A program made the translations under genes and the position numbers. 64,000 nt of DNA. It comes from an uncultured Clostridium sp. (lineage in GTDB: Bacteria > Bacillota > Clostridia > TANB77 > CAG-508). The stretch covers positions 1,606 to 65,605 of the forward strand of contig CANTAQ010000004.1 of assembly GCA_947651825.1 (NCBI GenBank), in the 5' to 3' direction. A model generated the notes under the pieces. It did no database searches. It had not been told where the DNA came from and saw only the letters and a program-made list of their open reading frames with translations. Positions within the stretch are counted from its first letter, which is position 1; each line of letters starts with the position of its first letter. This document shows, piece after piece, positions 40,402-50,642 of the stretch.

Positions 40402-40893
40402 GTGATGAGATTGTACCGTTTAGTACGGATAACCTCAGCCGATTATCGGGATTATCGGCGAACACGAGCAAAAGTTGAGTACAGCTATTTCCCAAAGGGG
40501 CAAGAGAAACCAGCTATCGCAAGTATGATAAGAAAAATAACAGAAAGCGAGATACCTGGTAAAGGTGAGTTCTTAGACCTCGTGGAGAAGGATAAAAATG
40601 CATTTTATTTCCTTAAGGACGACGATGAAATTAAGGGAATTGCAGAACTTATCTTTACCGATGCTGAGCAACTATGCGACATTTGCGAGTTTGCAGTGCT
40701 GCAGCATGGAGAGGGCTTAGGAACTATCCTTTATCAGGAAGTCTTGAAAGTCATCAAAGAACGGAGGGCAACAAAAATTCTTTTGTGGTGTCCGTTTGAA
40801 GGAGCGCAGATTTTCTGGCGCAAGATGGGATTCAAAGTAAAAGAAGTCTTGAGCGCTGAACGAGGATTTATCTTTGGAAAAAGAGTTCGATAA
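40402..40893 (+). CDS. GNAT family N-acetyltransferase on a GC-rich island.
   Basis: GNAT motif A AVLQHGEGLGTILYQEVL. GC content clearly above the flanks. Three in-frame CGG codons. Confidence 0.55.
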   Translation: MMRLYRLVRITSADYRDYRRTRAKVEYSYFPKGQEKPAIASMIRKITESEIPGKGEFLDLVEKDKNAFYFLKDDDEIKGIAELIFTDAEQLCDICEFAVLQHGEGLGTILYQEVLKVIKERRATKILLWCPFEGAQIFWRKMGFKVKEVLSAERGFIFGKRVR

Positions 40894-40905
40894 TCATCCG
40901 ATTAA

Positions 40906-40943
40906 GAGGGGTGCATTTGCTTTGTAAAGCAGATGCACCCCTC
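40906..40943 (+). terminator. Strong GC-rich terminator hairpin after the GNAT gene.
   Basis: gaggggtgcat ttgctttgtaaagcag atgcacccctc. Confidence 0.8.
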
Positions 40944-41112
40944 GCCATATCTTATAAACATTTAATTTTTAACAAAAGAATGGATTTTTATAGAGTGAAT
41001 GTGAGCAGTAATCAGATTTTGAATGAAAAGTCAAATATCTATAAAAATATTGAAATACTAATAAAAATGATATATAATATTTGAGATAAAATAATTAAAA
41101 GGAATGATATAA

Positions 41113-42204
41113 ATGAAAATAGGTATAGTAGGATTACCAAATGTAGGTAAAAGTACAATGTTTAATAGTATAACAAAAGCAGGAGCAGAATGTGCAAACT
41201 ATCCTTTCTGTACAATAGAACCAAATGTTGGAATGGTAGCAGTTCCAGATGAAAGATTAGACAATTTGGCTAAATTATATAATCCAGATAAAGTAACACA
41301 TGCAGTAATTGAGTTTGTTGATATTGCAGGATTAGTGAAGGGAGCAAGTAAAGGAGAGGGATTAGGAAACAAATTTCTTTCACATATAAGAGAAGTAGAT
41401 GCAATATGTGAAGTTGTAAGATGTTTTGAAGATAGTAATATTGTTCATGTTGATGGAAATATTAATCCATTAAGAGACATAGAAACAATAAACTTAGAAT
41501 TAATATTTGCAGATATAGAAACAGTACAAAAAAGAAAAGATAAAACAATAAAAATGCTAAAAGCGGATAAAAAATATCAATCAGAATTAGATGCTTTAAA
41601 TAAGCTATCAGAAGCACTAGAACAAGGAAAATCTGCCAGAAGTGTAGAACTAACAGCTGAAGAAAAAGATATGCTAAAAGACTTATTTTTACTTACATCA
41701 AAACCAATAATATATATTTCAAATGTTAATGAAGATCAATTAACAAACACAGATAATGATGAAAATATAAATAAAGTTAGAGAATTAGCTAAACAAGAAC
41801 ATACGAAATGTATACCACTTTGTGCAAAAATAGAAGAAGAATTAAGCACATTAGAAGATTCAGATAAACAAGAAATGTTAGAAGCATTAGGACTAAAAGA
41901 GTCAGGATTAGATACTGTAATAAGAGAAAGTTATGATTTATTGGGATTAATGTCATTCTTAACAGCAGGAGAACCAGAAGTAAGAGCATGGACTATAAAA
42001 AAGGGAACTAAAGCACCAGAAGCAGCAGGAAAAATACATTCAGATATTCAAAGAGGATTTATAAAAGCAGAAATAGTTTCATATGACGATTTAATGAAAG
42101 AGGGATCAATGGTTACAGCAAAGGAGAAAGGATTAGTTCGTTCAGAAGGAAAAGAATATATTATGCAAGATGGAGACATAGTCCTATTTAGATTTAATGT
42201 ATAA
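41113..42204 (+). CDS. ychF: Ribosome-binding ATPase YchF.
   Basis: MKIGIVGLPNVGKST... with C-terminal TGS domain. Confidence 0.95.
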   Translation: MKIGIVGLPNVGKSTMFNSITKAGAECANYPFCTIEPNVGMVAVPDERLDNLAKLYNPDKVTHAVIEFVDIAGLVKGASKGEGLGNKFLSHIREVDAICEVVRCFEDSNIVHVDGNINPLRDIETINLELIFADIETVQKRKDKTIKMLKADKKYQSELDALNKLSEALEQGKSARSVELTAEEKDMLKDLFLLTSKPIIYISNVNEDQLTNTDNDENINKVRELAKQEHTKCIPLCAKIEEELSTLEDSDKQEMLEALGLKESGLDTVIRESYDLLGLMSFLTAGEPEVRAWTIKKGTKAPEAAGKIHSDIQRGFIKAEIVSYDDLMKEGSMVTAKEKGLVRSEGKEYIMQDGDIVLFRFNV

Positions 42205-42353
42205 AATATTTAAAATTTGCATCATATAGAAAGTCCATTCTATCTTGTAGATTTTTAGTTTTAAATTTTAATACAATTGTTTAAAATTAAAAAAAATCTA
42301 TTTGGAGATACTATGGTATAACAGAGCTAAACGTAAAAAAAGGGAGGCTAGGA

Positions 42354-43706
42354 ATGAAATTTAAATTTTGGATAGCGTTTTATGTAGCAAAAATGGGACA
42401 AGCACTTTTAAGATTATTAAAAAGAAATGCAACATATTTTCCAGGAAAAGTTGCAATAAAAATATGTCCACAATTTTTAAAATATATAGATAGACCAACA
42501 AAAATAATTGCAGTAACTGGAACAAATGGAAAAACAACAGTATGCAATATGATAAATGATATATTAATAGATAATGGATATAATGTTTTAAACAATAGAT
42601 TAGGTTCAAATATAAACTCAGGAATTGCTAGTAGTTTGATAGAACATACAAGTATTTTTAATAAGACAAAAAAAGATTTAGCAGTCTTTGAAGTTGATGA
42701 AAGAAGTTCAATTTTAATATACCAGTATATCAAGCCAGACTATTTAGTATGTACCAATTTATTTAGAGATTCAATAAAAAGAAATGCTCATACAGATTAT
42801 ATAGTAGATATAATAAATTCAAAATTACCAAAAGAAACAGTAGTTTTAGCAAATGCAGATGACTTAATTGCATGTAGCATAGGAAAAGAAAATAATCATA
42901 TATATTTCGGTATAGATAAATTAGATACAGATGTAGAGGAAACTACGAACATTATTAAAGACATAAAAACATGCCCAAATTGTGATACAAAACTAAAATA
43001 TGAATATGCAAGATATCACCATTTAGGAAAAGCATATTGCCCAAATTGTGATTTTAAGTCTCCAGATAGTAATTTTTTAGTAAGAAATATAGACAAAGAA
43101 CGTAGAGAAATTATAATAAAAGAAGATATGAAAAGTTATAAATATAATATGCTATCTGATAGTATCTTTAATATTTATAATGAATTAGCAGCTATATCAA
43201 TATTAAGAATAATGGGGTTGTCAGCAACAGAAATAAATAATTCAATAAAAAAGATAAAGATAGTAGAAACACGTTTATCAGAAGAAATTATTAATGAAAA
43301 AAAGGTTATAACACATCTTTCAAAAGGACAAAATCCAGTTGCAGCATCAAGAGTATTTGACTATGTAAAATCAGTAGAAGGGAATAAAGCGGTTATATTA
43401 ATAATAGACGATTGTGACGATGCAAAACATTCATCAGAAAATTTAACATGGCTATATGATGCAGATTTTGAATTATTAAATGATGACAATATAAAACAAG
43501 TGATAATAGGAGGAGTAAGAGCAAACGACTATTATTTAAGACTTTTACTTGCAGGTGTACCAGAAGAAAAGGTATCAAAAATTGAAGATGAATTAAAAAC
43601 AGTTAGTTTGATAAACCAAGAAAATGTAGACACAATATTTATCTTACATGATATTTATAAGTTTGATGTTGCATCAAACTTAAAAGAATTATTGAGAAAC
43701 AACTAG
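42354..43706 (+). CDS. murT: Lipid II isoglutaminyl synthase, Mur-ligase subunit MurT.
   Basis: Mur-ligase P-loop IIAVTGTNGKTTV, Zn ribbon CPNCDTK...CPNCDF, DUF1727-type C-terminus. Followed by gatD. Confidence 0.85.
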   Translation: MKFKFWIAFYVAKMGQALLRLLKRNATYFPGKVAIKICPQFLKYIDRPTKIIAVTGTNGKTTVCNMINDILIDNGYNVLNNRLGSNINSGIASSLIEHTSIFNKTKKDLAVFEVDERSSILIYQYIKPDYLVCTNLFRDSIKRNAHTDYIVDIINSKLPKETVVLANADDLIACSIGKENNHIYFGIDKLDTDVEETTNIIKDIKTCPNCDTKLKYEYARYHHLGKAYCPNCDFKSPDSNFLVRNIDKERREIIIKEDMKSYKYNMLSDSIFNIYNELAAISILRIMGLSATEINNSIKKIKIVETRLSEEIINEKKVITHLSKGQNPVAASRVFDYVKSVEGNKAVILIIDDCDDAKHSSENLTWLYDADFELLNDDNIKQVIIGGVRANDYYLRLLLAGVPEEKVSKIEDELKTVSLINQENVDTIFILHDIYKFDVASNLKELLRNN

Positions 43707-43851
43707 AAAATTACAAGACTTGAAACTTGTAAAATAGTAACTACACATGAATGATATATTTTATTTGAGGAACTGTAAGACAAAACGAAAAATATAGCAT
43801 TCAGCAAGATGAAGTGGATTTTATAGGCTAAAGTAATTAAGGAGAAAGAAT

Positions 43852-44562
43852 ATGAAAATAGAAATCTTATTTCCAGAATTTTGTAACATATATGGAGATT
43901 ATGGAAACATAATTTATTTAAAGGAATGTTTACCAGAGGCAGAATTTATAGAGACTAGTTTAAATGAAGAACCAAAATTCATAACTGAAGATGTAGATTT
44001 AGTCTATATGGGGTCAATGACAGAAAAAGTACAAGAAAAGATAATAAAAAAATTAATACCATATAAAGAAACTATAAAAGAGCAAATAGATGGAGAAAAG
44101 GCATTTTTATTTACAGGAAATAGCTTTGAGATATTTGGAAGATATATTGAAAATGAAGACAAGACACAAATAGAAGGACTAGGCATAATTGATATATATT
44201 CAAAAAGAGAAATGTTTAATAGATATAATTCAATCTTTTTAGGAGATTTTGAAGGAATTAAATTAGTAGGTTTTAAAGATCAATTTGCACATCAATATGG
44301 TAATAATTCTGATAAATATTTTGCAAAGGCAATTAGAGGAGCAGGACTAAATAGGAATAGCAAATTAGAAGGAATAAGGATTAAAAATTTTATAGGAACA
44401 AGTATTTTAGGTCCATTATTACCTTTAAACCCATTGTTTACAAAGTACTATTTGGGAAACATATTAAATATAGAAAATGCAGAAGTAGCATATGAAAAAG
44501 ATGCAATAGAAGCATATGAAAAAAGACTAGCAGAATATGAAGATATGAAAAGAAAAGAGTAA
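43852..44562 (+). CDS. gatD: Lipid II isoglutaminyl synthase, glutaminase subunit GatD (CobB/CobQ-like GATase).
   Basis: Typical GatD N-terminus MKIEILFPEFCNIYGDYGNIIYL. Immediately follows murT. Confidence 0.8.
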   Translation: MKIEILFPEFCNIYGDYGNIIYLKECLPEAEFIETSLNEEPKFITEDVDLVYMGSMTEKVQEKIIKKLIPYKETIKEQIDGEKAFLFTGNSFEIFGRYIENEDKTQIEGLGIIDIYSKREMFNRYNSIFLGDFEGIKLVGFKDQFAHQYGNNSDKYFAKAIRGAGLNRNSKLEGIRIKNFIGTSILGPLLPLNPLFTKYYLGNILNIENAEVAYEKDAIEAYEKRLAEYEDMKRKE

Positions 44563-44698
44563 GCATTTATTAAATTAACTAGAAATTAGCTTTACGCAGA
44601 TGTTTTAATTTATTTGTTCATCTTTTAACAAAATAAATAATAAAACATATAGCAAAATGGAGCAGATTGATAATAGTAAATAGGAAGGAAAAAGAAAA

Positions 44699-45697
44699 AT
44701 GGGAAATATAAAATATATCTTAAGTAGATTATCAAAAATGGATTACAAGGCAATGATTAATAAAGTAAATACGGTCCACAAAAAGACAAATAAAAATAGA
44801 ATATCAATATTTTTTGACATGACAAAATGTGCAAAAAGATATGGTGCAGGATATATGGATTATGATTTATTTGAGATGTATAATCTTACAGATGAACAAA
44901 GAGATACATATATTACAAGAGGAAGAAATAATAGTTTAATATCAAAATATAATGATAAAGCATATTTTCATATATTTGAAAATAAAGATGAATTCAATGA
45001 AAAATTTGATAAATATATAAAAAGAGATTGGATAAAAGTAAAAGGAACAGATAAAGAAAAGGTATTAGATTTTATAGACAAACATAATAATTTTATGGCA
45101 AAACCAATAGATGGTGGATGTGGAAAAGGAATAGAAAAAATAAATGTTTCAGATTATAATTCAAATGAAGAACTATACAATTATTTAAATACATCAAATG
45201 CAAATTTTGAATTAGAAGAAGTTATAAAACAGAATGAAGAAGTAAGTAAGATTTATCCAGGAGCAATAAATACAGTAAGAGTAGTTACAATACTAAAGGA
45301 CAATATACCACATGTAATCTGTGCATATTTTAGAATCGGAAATGGAAAGTTTGTAGATAACTTTAATAGTGGTGGAATGGTTGCACCAATAGATGTAGAA
45401 ACAGGAATAGTGCAAGATAGAGCAATAGACAAAAACAAAATACTTTATGAAAACCATCCAGCTACTGGAACTCCAATAAAAGGTTTTAAATTTCCATATT
45501 GGAATGAGGCATTAGAAATGTGTAAGGAAGCTGCAAAAGTAGTACCACAGATGGCATATGTTGGATGGGATGTAGGATTTACACCAGAAGGACCACTATT
45601 TGTAGAAGCAAATGAATTTCCAGGACATGATATTTACCAACTACCAGAACATACTCCAAACAAAATAGGTATGATGCCCAAATTCATAAATATATAG
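44699..45697 (+). CDS. ATP-grasp domain protein (sugar-transfer-associated ATP-grasp type, tentative).
   Basis: ATP-grasp-like segments (KPIDGGCGKGIEKI; NFNSGGMVAPID). The family is common in polysaccharide loci. Confidence 0.5.
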   Translation: MGNIKYILSRLSKMDYKAMINKVNTVHKKTNKNRISIFFDMTKCAKRYGAGYMDYDLFEMYNLTDEQRDTYITRGRNNSLISKYNDKAYFHIFENKDEFNEKFDKYIKRDWIKVKGTDKEKVLDFIDKHNNFMAKPIDGGCGKGIEKINVSDYNSNEELYNYLNTSNANFELEEVIKQNEEVSKIYPGAINTVRVVTILKDNIPHVICAYFRIGNGKFVDNFNSGGMVAPIDVETGIVQDRAIDKNKILYENHPATGTPIKGFKFPYWNEALEMCKEAAKVVPQMAYVGWDVGFTPEGPLFVEANEFPGHDIYQLPEHTPNKIGMMPKFINI

Positions 45698-45704
45698 AGA
45701 ACAA

Positions 45705-45769
45705 GGTGTCAAAGGGGACGGGGTCAAATGACATAAATTATGTCATTTGACCCCGTCCCCTTTGACACC
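45705..45769. repeat. Perfect 32/32-bp inverted repeat (65-bp palindrome) between the ATP-grasp gene and murB.
   Basis: ggtgtcaaaggggacggggtcaaatgacataa a ttatgtcatttgaccccgtcccctttgacacc. A further tttgacc copy follows immediately downstream. Confidence 0.9.
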
Positions 45770-45883
45770 CTTTGACCAAAACTGTTCCTACTTTACTTTT
45801 TGTAAAAAAAATGGTAAAATTTAATATGTTTGAATATTTTGAATATATATTAATAATGTGTTATTTTACGAAAGGAATGATAT

Positions 45884-46783
45884 ATGGAAGAATTGTATAA
45901 CAAATTATTAACTAAAATACCAAAAGATAATATACGATTAAATGAAGATATGTCTAAACATACATCTATAAAGATAGGTGGACCAGCAGACATATTCATA
46001 AAGATAAAAACTATAGAAGAGTTAAAATATATTTTAGAGGTAGCAAAAGAAAAAAATATTCCAATAACAGTCATTGGAAATGGAAGTAATTTGCTGGTAA
46101 AGGATAAAGGAATAAGAGGAATTGTCTTACAAATAAAAATAGATGAGATAAGTGTAAATGCTACGGAAATAGAGGTTGGAGCAGGAACACTATTATCAAA
46201 ATTGTCAAAAACAGCATATGAAAACTCATTAGCAGGATTAGAATTTGCAGCAGGTATACCTGGTACAATTGGTGGAGCAATTACTATGAATGCAGGAGCA
46301 TATGGAGGAGAATTTAAAGATATTGTAGTATCTACAACGTACATTGATAAAGATTTAAATATCCATACAATAAGTAATAAAGAACATAATTTTGAATATC
46401 GCAATAGCATTTTCAAAGATAAAAATTTTATTATATTAAAATCAAAACTAAAATTAAAGGAAGATATAAAAGAAAATATCGAAGCAAAGATGAAACAAAA
46501 TTCAAACAAAAGAAAAGAAAGTCAACCTATAGAATATCCGAGTGCAGGAAGTGTATTTAAAAGAGGAAATGGATTTATAACAGCAGAAGCTATAGACAAA
46601 TGTGGATTAAAGGGGTATAATATTAGGGATGCTTATGTTTCAGAAAAACATGCAGGATTTATTGTCAATAAAGGCAAGGCAACTGCAAAAGATGTAATAG
46701 ACTTAATAGAATATATTAAGCAGGTAGTATATGAAAAATATAAAATAAAAATTGAAATGGAAATTAAAATAATAGGAGAATAG
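45884..46783 (+). CDS. murB: UDP-N-acetylenolpyruvoylglucosamine reductase.
   Basis: FAD-binding domain and conserved MurB C-terminus (YPSAGSVFKRGNGFITAEAID). Confidence 0.9.
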   Translation: MEELYNKLLTKIPKDNIRLNEDMSKHTSIKIGGPADIFIKIKTIEELKYILEVAKEKNIPITVIGNGSNLLVKDKGIRGIVLQIKIDEISVNATEIEVGAGTLLSKLSKTAYENSLAGLEFAAGIPGTIGGAITMNAGAYGGEFKDIVVSTTYIDKDLNIHTISNKEHNFEYRNSIFKDKNFIILKSKLKLKEDIKENIEAKMKQNSNKRKESQPIEYPSAGSVFKRGNGFITAEAIDKCGLKGYNIRDAYVSEKHAGFIVNKGKATAKDVIDLIEYIKQVVYEKYKIKIEMEIKIIGE

Positions 46784-46799
46784 GAGAGGACTTAAAGAA

Positions 46800-48572
46800 A
46801 TGAAGAAATTTTTAAAAAAACTAAAAAGAAGGTTAAAAATAGCAGTATGGCTGGGATTAGCAATTGTAGGAATGTTACTTGCATGTTATGGATTTGCTCA
46901 AGTAATAGTGTTAGAAAGATTAGAAATTATTGATATTATAAAAATAGTAGCAACATTCGTTGCAGGATTTGTGTGTTTTATATTAGGTGTGGCATTTATG
47001 CAAAAAAGATTGCTAGATTCTGCTGTTTCAGAAGATGTTGCAGAAGAAAAATCACTTGATCTAAAGGATAAAGGTCCAAATATTGTTGTTATAGGTGGAG
47101 GAATAGGCTTAATAAGAGTTTTAAAAGGGCTAAAAAATTATACAAACAATTTAACTGCAATTGTGACTGTTTCATCATATGGAAATGAAAATAAAAGAAA
47201 ACCAACAGATGATATGAGAAGCAGTTTAGTAGCATTAGCAAAAAATGAAGAAGAAATGCAAGTACTATTAGACTGTCAAATGGGTAATACAAAATTCGGA
47301 GATATATATTTATCAGTTGTAGAAAAGGCGAACAAAAACTTGAATGTTGGAGTAGAAAAAAGTAATAGCTTGTTAGCAATAACGGGAAGAGTATTACCAG
47401 TAACATTAGACGAAATGAAAATATGTGTAGAATTAGATGATGGCACTGTTATTGAAGATAGAGAAAAAATAGCAGAGATAACATCAGATAAAGCGACAAA
47501 GATAAATAGAGTATATATAAATCCTACAAATTGTAGAGTTGCACCAGGGGTAATAGAAGCAATTCAATCAGCAGATGCAATAGTAATGGGACCAGGTGAA
47601 TTGTATACAGGTGTAATTCCAAACTTATTAATTAGAAATGTTGCAAAAGCTATTAGAGAATCAAAAGCATTTAAAATATATATATCAAATATAATGACTC
47701 AACCAGGACATACAGATGATTATGCAGTATCAGATCATATTAATGCTATTACAGAACATGCAGGTAAGGGAATAATAAATTACTGTGTATGTGATAATGG
47801 AGATATAATTCCGGAAATATTGAGAAAATATATAAACTTAGGATCAAATTTAGCTGATTTAGACAAACAAAATATTAAAGGTGTAAAAATAATTAGAGCA
47901 GATGTATCAACAGTAGAAGGAGAATTCATAAGACATGATAGTGACTTAACTGCAAGAGTTATAATAGATTTAATTGTTAGTGAATTGAAATTTAAAGACA
48001 AAAGAAAAGATGAACAATTTGCATTATTAAATCAAAAACTAAAGGAAACTAAGAAAAAAGTAAAAGAAAGAAGAAAACAACATATAAAGGTAAAAAAACC
48101 AAGATATAAACTAAAAAGTAAATTTAGTAATAAATATAAAGATAGAATATTATCAATAAAAGAGAGTGAAGAAAATACAGAAAGAAATAGAAAGAGACAA
48201 GAAAAAATAAAAAAAGAAAACAAGGCAAAGAAAGCAGCTAAAAAGGCAGCAAAACAACCGATAAAGGAAGTTACAAAGAGAGCATCAAAAGATATAGGTA
48301 AAGAAATGGAAATTTATAATGAATTACAAAATAAAGTTACTGCAAAGACATCAGAACAAAAAAATAAACAAGGAACAGGAAAGGCAGCAGCTACAAAAAA
48401 CACTAAAACAACAAATAAACATAATACAAATAATAAGAAAGCAGCTGCAAAAAGAGCAATGCCAGAAAGTAAGCCTGTAGCAAAGAAAACAGTGGAAAAA
48501 CCTACAAATGCTAAAAAGACTTCAAAAAAGACTTCAAAGGGAACTACAAAGAGTGCAAGAAAGAAACAATAG
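46800..48572 (+). CDS. YvcK/CofD-family protein with atypical N-terminal TM segment and ~190-aa lysine-rich C-terminal tail.
   Basis: Core IVVIGGGIGLIRVLKGLK...PGELYTGVIPNLL of the UPF0052/YvcK family, flanked by hydrophobic helices at aa ~15-70. Low-complexity K/A/T-rich tail (KKAAKKAAKQ...KKTSKKTSKGTTKSARKKQ). Confidence 0.7.
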   Translation: MKKFLKKLKRRLKIAVWLGLAIVGMLLACYGFAQVIVLERLEIIDIIKIVATFVAGFVCFILGVAFMQKRLLDSAVSEDVAEEKSLDLKDKGPNIVVIGGGIGLIRVLKGLKNYTNNLTAIVTVSSYGNENKRKPTDDMRSSLVALAKNEEEMQVLLDCQMGNTKFGDIYLSVVEKANKNLNVGVEKSNSLLAITGRVLPVTLDEMKICVELDDGTVIEDREKIAEITSDKATKINRVYINPTNCRVAPGVIEAIQSADAIVMGPGELYTGVIPNLLIRNVAKAIRESKAFKIYISNIMTQPGHTDDYAVSDHINAITEHAGKGIINYCVCDNGDIIPEILRKYINLGSNLADLDKQNIKGVKIIRADVSTVEGEFIRHDSDLTARVIIDLIVSELKFKDKRKDEQFALLNQKLKETKKKVKERRKQHIKVKKPRYKLKSKFSNKYKDRILSIKESEENTERNRKRQEKIKKENKAKKAAKKAAKQPIKEVTKRASKDIGKEMEIYNELQNKVTAKTSEQKNKQGTGKAAATKNTKTTNKHNTNNKKAAAKRAMPESKPVAKKTVEKPTNAKKTSKKTSKGTTKSARKKQ

Positions 48573-48597
48573 ATAAAATTAAATTCGGAGGAAACAA

Positions 48598-50631
48598 ATG
48601 ATATTAGATAAAAAACAATTAGATTTAAAAGATGGAATAACAAGAGAATGGATTATAACAAATGGACTTGGAGGATATAGTTCTTCAACGGTATTAGGGA
48701 TAAATACAAGAAAATATCATGGGTTGCTAGTTGCACCACTTACTCCTCCTGCAATGAGAACTTTAATATTATCTAAATTAGATGAGAGTATAGAAATAAA
48801 AGGTAAAAATTATAATTTATATTCTAATATGTGCAAAAATTATATATCAGATGGATATAAATTTTTAGAAAAATTTGAGAAAGAGTATGTGCCAATTTTT
48901 ACATATAAGATAGAAAATATAACTGTAACAAAATCAATATGTATGAAACATGGAAGAAATACAGTATGTGTATTATATCATATAGAAAACAATGGTGTAG
49001 ATGCAAAATTAACAATAACACCTATTTTAAATTTTAGAGACTTTCATACAATGAGTACAAATCATGAGTTTTATGTAAAACAAGAAATTAAAGATAAAAA
49101 AGTAAAAGTAGAAATAGATGAGAATGTAAATAATCCAATATATTTTTATATGTCAGATGGAAAATACATTAAGCATGAAAATGATATATTTAGAAATATG
49201 TATTATATTGAAGAGGACAAAAGGGGATTCTATCCAGAAGAAAATCATTCTGTACCAGGTAGATATGAGATAGAAATAAAAGAAAATAGTAAAAAAGAGA
49301 TAGGATTTATTTGTTCTTTAGAAGAAAATATTGAGGAAATTAATGTAAAGACTATTATAAACAAAGAGATTATGAGACTAAATGAAAAGTTGGAAGAAAC
49401 AAGAATTTATAATACGAAAAAGACGATAAAAAAAGTTGAAAAAGATGACGATAAAATTCTTAAATACTTTATAGCAGCAATAGACAATTTTATAGTATAT
49501 AGACCATCGTTTGGGTATCACACAATTATTTCAGGATATCCTTGGTTTCTAGATAGAGGAAGAGATGCTTTAATTTCTTTTGAAGGACTTCTTCTATTAA
49601 CTAATAGACATAAATATGCAAAAGAAGTTTTATTGACAATGATAAGAGATATAAAATTTGGACTAGTTCCAAATGGATATTCTGGGCACGATAATAGACC
49701 ATTATATGATAGTGCAGATACATCATTATTACTTTTTGAACAAGTTAGTAAGTACTTAAAGTATACAGATGATTACGAATTTGTAGAGGAGAAAATATAT
49801 CCAAAATTAAAATCAATAATAGAAAATTATGCAGAGGGTATTGATTTTGATGATAACAATATATTTCTTGATAAAGATGGTTTGATTTCATCAGGAACAG
49901 AAAATAAGCAAAATACATGGATGGATTCAAAGTATATAAATATATGTTTTACACCAAGAAATGGAAAATCAGTAGAATTAAATAGCTTATGGTATAATGC
50001 ATTAAAGATTATGGAGAACTTAAGTAAAAAATTTGGAGATAAAAAAGCAATTCAAAAATATGAAGAAATGGCAGAGAAATGTAAAAAATGTTTTAACCAG
50101 AAGTTCTACAATTCAAAAAAGAAGTGCTTATATGATGTTTTAGGAGATAGCAAGGTAAGACCAAATCAATTATTTGCACTTTCATTAACAAACCCAATAG
50201 TAGAACCGGATTCAGAAATTGCAAAGAATATAATAGAAACTGTAGAGAAAAAACTTTTAAATAAGTATGGATTAAAAACATTAGCAAAAGGTGAAAAAGG
50301 CTACATAGATATATATGAAGGAAACAGTTTTAAAAGAGATTCAAGTTACCATCAAGGTATAACTTGGGTATGGCTATTGGGATTATATTATGATGCTTTG
50401 AAAAATATGGCAAAGGCGGAAAAGAATAAAACTGTGCAAAAAGAATTACTAGAAAAAGTAAAAGACTTTAAAGAAAAAACAAAAAAGATATTTGAAAAAG
50501 AGTTAGTAGAAAGAGGTACTATAGGAACATTTGCAGAAATATATGATTCAAAGATGCCAAATTCACCTAAAGGTGCCATAGCACAAGCGTGGAGTGTATC
50601 AGAAATTTTTAGAATAATTTATGAAAAATAG
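48598..50631 (+). CDS. Glycogen debranching enzyme family protein (amylo-alpha-1,6-glucosidase type, archaeal-like GDE).
   Basis: N-terminus REWIITNGLGGYSSSTVLGINTRKYHGLLVAP and GYPWFLDRGRDALIS are GDE_N/GDE_C signatures. Confidence 0.75.
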   Translation: MILDKKQLDLKDGITREWIITNGLGGYSSSTVLGINTRKYHGLLVAPLTPPAMRTLILSKLDESIEIKGKNYNLYSNMCKNYISDGYKFLEKFEKEYVPIFTYKIENITVTKSICMKHGRNTVCVLYHIENNGVDAKLTITPILNFRDFHTMSTNHEFYVKQEIKDKKVKVEIDENVNNPIYFYMSDGKYIKHENDIFRNMYYIEEDKRGFYPEENHSVPGRYEIEIKENSKKEIGFICSLEENIEEINVKTIINKEIMRLNEKLEETRIYNTKKTIKKVEKDDDKILKYFIAAIDNFIVYRPSFGYHTIISGYPWFLDRGRDALISFEGLLLLTNRHKYAKEVLLTMIRDIKFGLVPNGYSGHDNRPLYDSADTSLLLFEQVSKYLKYTDDYEFVEEKIYPKLKSIIENYAEGIDFDDNNIFLDKDGLISSGTENKQNTWMDSKYINICFTPRNGKSVELNSLWYNALKIMENLSKKFGDKKAIQKYEEMAEKCKKCFNQKFYNSKKKCLYDVLGDSKVRPNQLFALSLTNPIVEPDSEIAKNIIETVEKKLLNKYGLKTLAKGEKGYIDIYEGNSFKRDSSYHQGITWVWLLGLYYDALKNMAKAEKNKTVQKELLEKVKDFKEKTKKIFEKELVERGTIGTFAEIYDSKMPNSPKGAIAQAWSVSEIFRIIYEK

Positions 50632-50642
50632 AAGGAAGAAAA

